The translations under genes were made by a program, and so were the position numbers. From Candidatus Dojkabacteria bacterium (GTDB taxonomy: Bacteria; Patescibacteriota; Dojkabacteria; B142; OLB20), in NCBI GenBank assembly GCA_035444565.1, contig DAOMOX010000001.1, forward strand, positions 130,335 to 194,334: 64,000 bases of DNA, written 5' to 3'. Positions 31,629-39,511 of this stretch are shown here, piece after piece; within the stretch, counting starts at the first letter, position 1, and the number at the start of each line of letters is the position of its first letter. The notes beneath the pieces are model-generated. The model worked only from the letters and a program-made list of their open reading frames with translations, had not been told where the DNA came from and searched no databases.

Positions 31629-32234
31629 ATGTGTGGAAGATTCCATCTAGAACCAGATGAAGATTTTTATCCTCGATTTAAGTTAAAACATAAAGACGAC
31701 GATTATCCTCTTCAACCAAACCATAATATTAAACCTGGCCAAATTATCCCGACCATAATTCACCAAGATAAAAATAACAAATTAACAGGTATGAAATGGG
31801 GTTTCGTTCCAGTCTGGGCAAAAGATCCTAAGATTGGATATAAGTTGATAAATTCAAGATCAGAAACAATCTTTGAAAAACCTTCATTCAAACACGCAAT
31901 AAAAAACACTCGTTGTTTAATACCAGCTACAGGATTTTACGAGTGGGACGAGAAAAAGAACGCTCACCTTTTCCAACTTAAAGGAGTGAAATACTTTGCT
32001 ATTGCTGGGATTTTTTCTGAATGGAAGGACCCTCAAGGTGAAATTCTTACAACCTGCTCCATCATCACTCGAGAAGCAAACAAAGATGTTAAGGATGTAC
32101 ACGAAAGGATGCCAGTGATATTAGATGAAGAATCTGAAAATGAATGGTTGTCAAACGATGACATAGGTTATATTGAACATGTTCTCAATAAACCTACTGA
32201 TAAGTCCCTATCGTCACGTATCGTCACCCTTTAG
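31629..32234 (+). CDS. SOS-response-associated peptidase (SRAP/YedK, abasic-site processing).
   Basis: Begins MCGRF with the catalytic Cys2. ~200 aa. Conserved GMKWGFVP. Confidence 0.75.
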   Translation: MCGRFHLEPDEDFYPRFKLKHKDDDYPLQPNHNIKPGQIIPTIIHQDKNNKLTGMKWGFVPVWAKDPKIGYKLINSRSETIFEKPSFKHAIKNTRCLIPATGFYEWDEKKNAHLFQLKGVKYFAIAGIFSEWKDPQGEILTTCSIITREANKDVKDVHERMPVILDEESENEWLSNDDIGYIEHVLNKPTDKSLSSRIVTL

Positions 32235-32261
32235 TCACGAGAATTCACAGAACCGCTCAAA

Positions 32262-32849
32262 TTAATAAGCAAGCATAACAGAAGTTGCAACATTCTCTCT
32301 TAATTCCTTATCGTACTCATATGTTATTTTTACTTCTAACTTTCCCTCCTCTAATTGCGTTGCGTAGTAGTTATTAAATTTATCTCGAGAAACCGATTCA
32401 TCCGTGAATTGGCCAGTTTTAACCCTAAAGATGGTTATTTCATTGATGGGCATCTTATTTAATTTCTCAGCATTATTTTCAAGAATAGGTCCGGAAATTG
32501 GAAAATCACAATCTTTTACAGCGACATCTTCACAGGCACCATTTTCCTGTGCAATATGTGTAGCATCAAATCCATCATAGTAACTCACGTAATCGTATTC
32601 GATATAATCACTGCCAATCTCGGTAAGAATTGCATATATATGTGAATCTTCGGGTTCACTTTTCATAGTTTCAACTAATTGATTAACCGCGTATACCTCT
32701 TGTTTCAGCATGTCTACTTCCATATTCAATCTCGTGTATTGCCGAACGAAATAAAAACAATTGAAATATACCAATAGAAAAGATATATACATAAACAATT
32801 TCCATCCGATAAAATATTTCCAGTTGAGAACTCTCTTTTCAATTTTCAT
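32262..32849 (-). CDS. Hypothetical membrane-anchored protein.
   Basis: N-terminal TM. No recognised domain. Confidence 0.35.
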   Translation of the reverse strand: MKIEKRVLNWKYFIGWKLFMYISFLLVYFNCFYFVRQYTRLNMEVDMLKQEVYAVNQLVETMKSEPEDSHIYAILTEIGSDYIEYDYVSYYDGFDATHIAQENGACEDVAVKDCDFPISGPILENNAEKLNKMPINEITIFRVKTGQFTDESVSRDKFNNYYATQLEEGKLEVKITYEYDKELRENVATSVMLAY

Positions 32850-33261
32850 GGTATTTCATTAATAAAGTATTACTTTATAGTAGACGTAGTGGTCAGAGGA
32901 ATCAATCAATTCGTATCAAAGTCGAGGTTATTATTAGTTTAATTTATTTGATGGAAGAGATAGTATATAAAAGAATATAGTAGAAACTTAAATTTTTACA
33001 AAATTCAACAGATGGAAGGTGCGCCAAGAATAGTCATCATAGAGAATCCAAAAGAGAAGTATGGTGTAGTAGGTGAAGAAATAGCACCGGGAATATATGT
33101 TGTAGTTCCAGTTGATGATCCTTATGCACAAGAAGGCACTTATGATTATCAAGGCGCCGAAAAAAGTCACCATTGGGTACATGAGCCAGAACAGGAGGAT
33201 CAATTTCCAACAGCAAATCCTACTTAAGGAAAATATTTCAACTATATAAAAAACCAATAAA

Positions 33262-33334
33262 TGCGCTGAGCAAGATTCGAACTTGCAACCTACTGCTTAG
33301 AAGGCAGTTGCTCTATCCATTGAGCTATCAGCGC
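33262..33334 (-). tRNA. tRNA-Arg (anticodon UCU). 73 nt, no encoded CCA.
   Basis: Clean cloverleaf: GCGCTGA/TCAGCGC acceptor, GCTC/GAGC D-stem, ACTGC-CTTCTAA-GCAGT anticodon arm, GCAAG-TTCGAAT-CTTGC T-arm. Confidence 0.85.
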
Positions 33335-33351
33335 ATTTATTGCTTTTGTAT

Positions 33352-33504
33352 TACCTACTGCTTATCCCGCTCATTGTATGCGAACTTAGTGAGCATTACA
33401 ATGACGTGGATCCCAATCCTTCACAAATCATATCTACGGGATCCTCGATGATTTATAGACTCGCTCCGCTTCGTCCAAATCATCGGGAGAAGGCAGTTGC
33501 TCTA
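33352..33504 (-). other. Pseudo-copy of the tRNA-Arg D-stem/anticodon-arm/variable region, split by a ~124-nt structured insertion at the anticodon loop.
   Basis: GAGCAACTGCCTTCT (33488-33504) and AAGCAGTAGGT (33352-33364) match tRNA-Arg positions ~22-47 but are separated by an insert. No acceptor or T-arm. Confidence 0.4.
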
Positions 33505-33788
33505 ATCAACTAGAAAATCAGACTTTCATGAACATAGTGAAGTGAAAGGCTAGATTTTCTGTTGTCCCGTACGAACAAAGTGAGATACGGGACCTCTCTT
33601 TATCAGTATGCTATTTTCAAAACATCAGCATTATACCGCTGAATGCTCTCTATTATAATGTTTTTCCCTATTTTTTTCATCTTTTTTCACGGATTCTAAT
33701 ATTTTGCGTTAGAATCCAAAGTTGTCTAAGTGGACAAACAATATAATCACACCAATGCTCTACTCTTTATACATTTTATATAGAGCAT

Positions 33789-34451
33789 ATGAACAAAGCA
33801 CCAACCGAACTTGAAGTATTTATCCACGACATTGCAAGCCCACTTACGAATATTGGCATCAGTCTAGAGAATATGAAATCTCATATTTATACTAATCCTC
33901 GTAAACTCGAGAAGACAATAGTGGCAACACTTGACTCACTTGAATATTTGCACTCAATATCTAGAATCCATAATTCCTATTTTTTTGATAATAAAGACAC
34001 CAAGTATTCGGTAGAAGAGTTAATACGTAAAATTGTTACAAATAAATTCGGCTTCATAATCGACCAAAACAAAATATTGCTTTTGTATGACGTACAAGAG
34101 GAGCTTACAATTAATTATGACAAACTATTATTGAACAGAGTAATTACTAATATCATCTCGAACTCAATTGATGCGCTTTTAGAGAAAACACCTCATAAAC
34201 CGAAAAAAATAAAAATTTCAATAAAGAACTTACAAAACAAACTGGTGATTACAATCTTGGACAATGGAATTGGAGTTGACAATAATTTAATTAAAGAAAT
34301 TTTTAATTATGGATATTCAGAAAAAGACTCCCATTTTGGTATTGGTCTCCCAGTAACTAAAGATATTATTGAAAATAGGTTTGGGGGAGTGCTGAAGTTT
34401 CAATCCCTAAGCGGTATAGGGACCTTAGTAAAAATTATACTTCCAATTTAA
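33789..34451 (+). CDS. Soluble histidine-kinase-like protein (HisKA-like H-box plus HATPase_c).
   Basis: FIHDIASPLTNI H-box. ITNIISNSIDAL, ILDNGIGVD and GIGLPVTKDII ATPase boxes. Confidence 0.6.
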   Translation: MNKAPTELEVFIHDIASPLTNIGISLENMKSHIYTNPRKLEKTIVATLDSLEYLHSISRIHNSYFFDNKDTKYSVEELIRKIVTNKFGFIIDQNKILLLYDVQEELTINYDKLLLNRVITNIISNSIDALLEKTPHKPKKIKISIKNLQNKLVITILDNGIGVDNNLIKEIFNYGYSEKDSHFGIGLPVTKDIIENRFGGVLKFQSLSGIGTLVKIILPI

Positions 34452-35119
34452 ATCCTACAAAGATAACCATAACCGTGCGAGGTCTCGATGAAATCCTTTG
34501 CTTTTATTCTTTTTAGTTTTTTTCGCAGGTTCGAGATATAACAATCAACAGTGTTATGGGTAATATCTGGCTTGTCTAGCCAAACATTTGAAACAAGCCT
34601 ATCCCTAGATACCATGCAATTTTTGTTTAGTATCAGAAACTCTAGTAGTTTGTGCTCCCTCTTTGTTAAGGATTCACAAAATGCATCTTTGCGAATACAC
34701 ATTCCTTGAAAATCGATTTCAATTTCGCCAATTTTATGAGTTGAGTATCTCAGCATAGGGGGTTTGCTGATTAACCTTTCAATACGTGCGATCAATTCGA
34801 TATGGGAGAAAGGTTTTGACAGGTAATCATCTACACCGATTCGGAAGCTTTTAGCAAGATGTTCTGAGGATGCCTGACCTGTCAACATAAGTACTGGAGT
34901 TTCAATATCTCTAACTCTGAGATTATTGATAATCTCATCACCATTCATTTCCGGGAGCTTGTAGTCAACGAGAAGACAATCAAAATGTTTCGATATCGCG
35001 TATTTGTAACCTTTTCTACCGTTGTCTACTATGGTAGTATTAAATCCATGTTGTTTTAGAGACTCTCTTAGAGTAAATGCAAGTTGAAGATCGTCTTCAA
35101 TAATTAATAAGTTTTTCAT
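34448..35119 (-). CDS. OmpR-family response regulator.
   Basis: LLIIEDD receiver and a C-terminal winged helix (REHKLLEFLILN...VWLD...VDCYISNLRKKL). Confidence 0.7.
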   Translation of the reverse strand: MKNLLIIEDDLQLAFTLRESLKQHGFNTTIVDNGRKGYKYAISKHFDCLLVDYKLPEMNGDEIINNLRVRDIETPVLMLTGQASSEHLAKSFRIGVDDYLSKPFSHIELIARIERLISKPPMLRYSTHKIGEIEIDFQGMCIRKDAFCESLTKREHKLLEFLILNKNCMVSRDRLVSNVWLDKPDITHNTVDCYISNLRKKLKRIKAKDFIETSHGYGYLCRI

Positions 35120-35164
35120 ATTTATATGTTAGAATCTAAATTCGCTTAAATAAGAAATTCAAAT

Positions 35165-35917
35165 ATGAAGTTACGTAAACGTATACAACTTATGGTTTTG
35201 TCATTATCGATAGTTAGTTTTCTAGTACTGACACTATTCTTCTTCGTGATGAGCAACGAAGGCAGTGATATCTCAGCGCAGGATTATGATCTAGCAGATT
35301 CACTCTTGATTGATAATCAAAAAATCAACCTCTACTACGATAACAACAACAACCAACTGAAGGATAGCGAAGAATCAACATGCGAACAATGCGCTTCAAA
35401 GCAAATTTTAATTGAAATCGTCACAGATGTTGGAAAGGAACTAATAGTTAGAGAAACCGAATCCGACGGAACACTAAATCTTAAGTCAATACGAGTATCA
35501 GCTCTTTGGGCATATCTTCCAGAAGAAAAGTTAATTATTCCTACATTCACATTCACCAATATGATGGATAATTCAGAATTTGATATCCCTGTTATAGCCT
35601 TAAACTACGAACTTGTAGGAGAAAACTCAAATATCGGAAATGTAGATTACAGAAATTTGAATAATAATAATTATGAAATAGATTTTGAATATAAAAATAT
35701 CATTCCAGTATTAGATAATTTCCTTAATTCAGACCTACCAGTGTGGTATGTTTACTATCCTAATGCAGATGTTGTTGATAATTACTACATCTCGTCAGGC
35801 TTAATAGAAACCACCAACGAAAAGACAAATAATTCTTCAACTTTCTGGCATTTTGTTCAGGAGTATTCCACTATCGACAACATCGATCAGTACAAATTAC
35901 TAATACCGAAGGTTTAA
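35165..35917 (+). CDS. Hypothetical secreted or membrane-anchored protein.
   Basis: N-terminal signal/TM. Asn-rich. Confidence 0.35.
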   Translation: MKLRKRIQLMVLSLSIVSFLVLTLFFFVMSNEGSDISAQDYDLADSLLIDNQKINLYYDNNNNQLKDSEESTCEQCASKQILIEIVTDVGKELIVRETESDGTLNLKSIRVSALWAYLPEEKLIIPTFTFTNMMDNSEFDIPVIALNYELVGENSNIGNVDYRNLNNNNYEIDFEYKNIIPVLDNFLNSDLPVWYVYYPNADVVDNYYISSGLIETTNEKTNNSSTFWHFVQEYSTIDNIDQYKLLIPKV

Positions 35918-36675
35918 GGGGCGGTCAGAGTCCACAAACTTGCTATATAAATCACTGCCAGAATCATTGTCAAAAGCTTTCTACTTTTCACCTTTTCAGG
36001 AAGATTCCTAAGTAAAAAATTATAAATTACTAGTGCTAAGGAAATCTGAGCGATAAAAAGTATTGTTAATAGATTAAAGTTAAAAAAGCTATATTCGAAA
36101 TTAATTTCAAAAGGAAGTTTCTCATCTAACAAAATTATAACCATCGCAACGATTCTCATGAATAAGTATCCTCCAATTGCTACGGTGATTTGATTTAATA
36201 AGAATTTTCTATCATCTTGTTTAATCTTAAGAACCCTAAATAACAAAACGATTAGAAGATTTATTCCCAAAACAAACATTATATAAGCACCCCACATAGC
36301 ATAATTTAGAAAAGCTACTTGTTTCGCGATTTCGTTTACCGAGAGATCATTTGCTCGTATGTATGAGGTTAGAAAATATGTAGAAAATGTAACAAAACTT
36401 GAAATTAATAGAAATACAATTAGTTTAATTGTGCTTGGTGGTAAGTAGACTTTGACAAATTCATCAAAATCATAAAAGAATTTAAAAAAATCCGTACTTT
36501 TATGATTCTTATTAGATTCTTTAATTTTGGTAAAGTTGATTTTAGGTTTTTTAATAACAATTTTCATATGAGTTGAGTAAAAATTGAAGAGTAGGTAAAT
36601 TAAAGATAGAATGAATATAGTATCCCTGTCAATTAATAATAAATATGCCCAAGAAAATACATCAGTCAAAAACAT
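35914..36675 (-). CDS. Hypothetical polytopic membrane protein.
   Basis: Five or six hydrophobic helices. Confidence 0.3.
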   Translation of the reverse strand: MFLTDVFSWAYLLLIDRDTIFILSLIYLLFNFYSTHMKIVIKKPKINFTKIKESNKNHKSTDFFKFFYDFDEFVKVYLPPSTIKLIVFLLISSFVTFSTYFLTSYIRANDLSVNEIAKQVAFLNYAMWGAYIMFVLGINLLIVLLFRVLKIKQDDRKFLLNQITVAIGGYLFMRIVAMVIILLDEKLPFEINFEYSFFNFNLLTILFIAQISLALVIYNFLLRNLPEKVKSRKLLTMILAVIYIASLWTLTAP

Positions 36676-38429
36676 CAGTTTTCAAGAGATACAAATCCTT
36701 GATACTCCTACCATTAGGGACTGTCATACTATTAACATTGTGTGTACTTATTTTTGGACTAGGACTCGATAAAAGACTTTTTGATAGTTCTCTAGAGGGT
36801 TACATTTTTGATAAGAATAAAAACCCGATTATTGGTGCAAATGTATGTATCAAAGACAACTGTGCTATAACTGGAAATAATGGATTCTACAAAATAAAAG
36901 AACTCAAGTTAGGAAACAATAAAATTATTGTTACCTCTGACAAACACTTAAATCTCATAGAATCAATTACTATTGATAATGGCGTTAATACCCTTAGTGT
37001 TGAATTAACAGATGCAACACTTGCAAATTTAACTGTAACCATAAGTGATGTGAGTGAACTTCAACTTAACGAGCTTAAATTTTTATTAGATGATAAAGAG
37101 TTAATAGAAAAAACAAGTAAAATAGACGAAAAGACTATTGAACTGAAATTAGAAAACAAGAAAACTGGACTTTACAAGCTTACAGTTGTATCCAGTTATT
37201 ATGTAGACGAAGTCATCGATTTGATAGTAGAACCAGATATTGAAAATAAATATGATATCAAGTTAGAACCTTCTTCAACTTTCAAAATCTATATTCAAAA
37301 TTGGTTGGATTCCACGTCACTCGCAAATACTCAAGTCACTATAGGTAATGACACTGAACTTAGTACAGATGATAAAGGTATGTTAGCAATAAACGAACTT
37401 TCAATTTATGAGGAAGAATTTTTGATTGAAAAAGATGGTTTCTTGAAACAAACATATTCTCTTGTAAATCTACATCCAGGGATAAATCCTGATTTGACTA
37501 TCAAGCTTGTTCCCTATGGTAAGATTACATTCGTGAAAGAAACTGCACTTGGAAAACAAATATTCTTGAGTAATTACGACGGAAGCGAAGCAAGACAACT
37601 CACAGTAGATGGTATGAACACAAATCCATGGATAGATGAAAAAAATGAGAAAGTATACTTTCTAAAAAACCAAGTTGATAAGGCAAACATTGTTCATTGG
37701 GTTGATTTCCTAGGAGAAGAGACAAAGTTAATATCGACAAAGACTGATCAGCCTGCGAGGAAATTAGACTTAGTTAATTATAGGAAAGATATTAGAATTT
37801 TTATAAGAGAAAACGAAAGTGACAGCAAGATTATAAAAACCAATTTAGACGATAATCAAGAAAGTATTTTATACGACCTATCGAATAGAGAATTACAGGA
37901 TTCATTACTTTCCCAAGATGGTAATCAATTTATATTTAGCTTTGTAAGTAAAGAACAGTCAAATTTAGCCGAAGAAGGAATTTACACTAACAATATCCGC
38001 TTCAATCGTACGACAAACCTTATAAAATATAATACAGGTTATGAAAAACGAGTATCTCAACCAAAAGCAGTAAATGATGATGGAAATATCTTAGCATTAA
38101 CTCTCGATGGTGAGTTATTTATTCATAGTTATTCTGGCGAACAAATCGAAAGAATAACAAATGACAATATTGAGAAATCTACATTTCATTTCCAACCAGA
38201 GACTAACAACATAACTTATATCAGAAACATCGAAGGCAAGAAAGAGCTTGTTCTTGTGGATCCTTTTTCAAAGGTTATGAAAATATTAGTTCAGACTGAC
38301 GCAGAATCTTTCGATTATCGGTGGTTGACTAAGGATATTTTCAACTACGTAAGTAATGGAGAGTTGTGGATTTCCTCGGTTAACAACTTAGAGTCAGCCA
38401 AACTTGTAGACAAAACTGTTACGCTTTAG
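36645..38429 (+). CDS. Membrane-anchored protein with a CarboxypepD_reg-like domain and TolB/PD40-like beta-propeller repeats.
   Basis: N-terminal TM. GYIFDKNKNPIIGANVCI...FYKIKELKLG then a PD40-like FLSNYDGSEARQLTVDG. Confidence 0.5.
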   Translation: MPKKIHQSKTSVFKRYKSLILLPLGTVILLTLCVLIFGLGLDKRLFDSSLEGYIFDKNKNPIIGANVCIKDNCAITGNNGFYKIKELKLGNNKIIVTSDKHLNLIESITIDNGVNTLSVELTDATLANLTVTISDVSELQLNELKFLLDDKELIEKTSKIDEKTIELKLENKKTGLYKLTVVSSYYVDEVIDLIVEPDIENKYDIKLEPSSTFKIYIQNWLDSTSLANTQVTIGNDTELSTDDKGMLAINELSIYEEEFLIEKDGFLKQTYSLVNLHPGINPDLTIKLVPYGKITFVKETALGKQIFLSNYDGSEARQLTVDGMNTNPWIDEKNEKVYFLKNQVDKANIVHWVDFLGEETKLISTKTDQPARKLDLVNYRKDIRIFIRENESDSKIIKTNLDDNQESILYDLSNRELQDSLLSQDGNQFIFSFVSKEQSNLAEEGIYTNNIRFNRTTNLIKYNTGYEKRVSQPKAVNDDGNILALTLDGELFIHSYSGEQIERITNDNIEKSTFHFQPETNNITYIRNIEGKKELVLVDPFSKVMKILVQTDAESFDYRWLTKDIFNYVSNGELWISSVNNLESAKLVDKTVTL

Positions 38430-39447
38430 ATAATTCCTGAACCCAGTTATACAATTTACCAATTCCTTCATGGACACTTGTTTGAGGTGCCCATCCAAAA
38501 TCATTTAATGCCTTGTTGTTATTGCTGATAAACACTTTTTGATCTCCAGGTCGCCATGGGAAAAATTCAGTTTTGACCTTGGATTGAAGGATTGATTCGA
38601 TGACATCTAATGCTTCAATTAAAGAGACAGAATTCACAAGTCCACCACCAACATTGTAAATTTTACCCGATGTGGTTTCCAAGTTGTCGATTGCCATATC
38701 GTATGCACGAAGAAGATCATCAATATAGAGTAAGTCTCTTACTTGTTTCCCGTCACCAAATATTTTTATTGTTTCTTTCTGATAAGCAGTTCTTAAGAAA
38801 TGAAAAACCCAACCCTGATCTTCGGTTCCCCATTGTCTTTGTCCATAAATACATGACTGTCTAAACACTAGAGTTTTTAATCCGTAAATTCTAGAAAAAT
38901 CACGAACATATTGGTCCGCACTTCCTTTCGAACAACCATATGGAGAATGGAAATCGAGATTAACATCTTCTGAAACACCCTCTAATAGAGCATCATCTGA
39001 AAATGCATATCTACCGTTTTTCTCCTCTACATTAAATTTTTCTAATCCTCCATAAACTTTATTTGTAGAGGCGAAAACAAAGACTGCGTCAGGACTGTGT
39101 TGTCTCATCGCATCCAGAACATTTAGTGTCCCTCTTGCATTGATTTCAAAATCCTCAATTGGATTTACGACAGAATCAGTCACTGCTACTTGAGCTGCTT
39201 CATGGAAGACAAAATCTTTACCCTGGACTGCCTTGGTAACCGACAATTCATCCCTGACATCACCCCTAATGACTTGTAGGCCTCCACCGAAGGATTCAAG
39301 CCATGGAAGATTTTTCTCTACATTGTTTCTGGAGAAATTATCAAAGATGGTTACGTTTGCTTTGTTCTGAAGCAGATATTTGGCTAAATTAGACCCAATG
39401 AAACCTGCACCACCAGTAATTAATACATTCTTTTTGTTCCAGTTCAT
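38419..39447 (-). CDS. NAD-dependent sugar epimerase/dehydratase (SDR family).
   Basis: VLITGGAGFIGSNL Rossmann and YGCSK catalytic YxxxK. Confidence 0.75.
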   Translation of the reverse strand: MNWNKKNVLITGGAGFIGSNLAKYLLQNKANVTIFDNFSRNNVEKNLPWLESFGGGLQVIRGDVRDELSVTKAVQGKDFVFHEAAQVAVTDSVVNPIEDFEINARGTLNVLDAMRQHSPDAVFVFASTNKVYGGLEKFNVEEKNGRYAFSDDALLEGVSEDVNLDFHSPYGCSKGSADQYVRDFSRIYGLKTLVFRQSCIYGQRQWGTEDQGWVFHFLRTAYQKETIKIFGDGKQVRDLLYIDDLLRAYDMAIDNLETTSGKIYNVGGGLVNSVSLIEALDVIESILQSKVKTEFFPWRPGDQKVFISNNNKALNDFGWAPQTSVHEGIGKLYNWVQELSKA

Positions 39448-39459
39448 AGTTTTAATTTT

Positions 39460-39495
39460 ATAAAAAAATAGGGTGCCGCTACTGCGACACCCTAG
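39460..39495 (-). terminator. Rho-independent terminator for the surface-protein gene.
   Basis: On the minus strand, TAGGGTGTCGCAGTAGCGGCACCCTA followed by TTTTTTTAT. Confidence 0.5.
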
Positions 39496-39511
39496 ATTGT
39501 ATCAGTAAATC

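Noticed and set aside
32988-33257. Overlapping antisense ORF pair (33012-33227 + and 32988-33257 -).
   Set aside because: They are mutually exclusive and neither has a recognisable domain. The + frame has the more protein-like composition, but the evidence is insufficient to call either.
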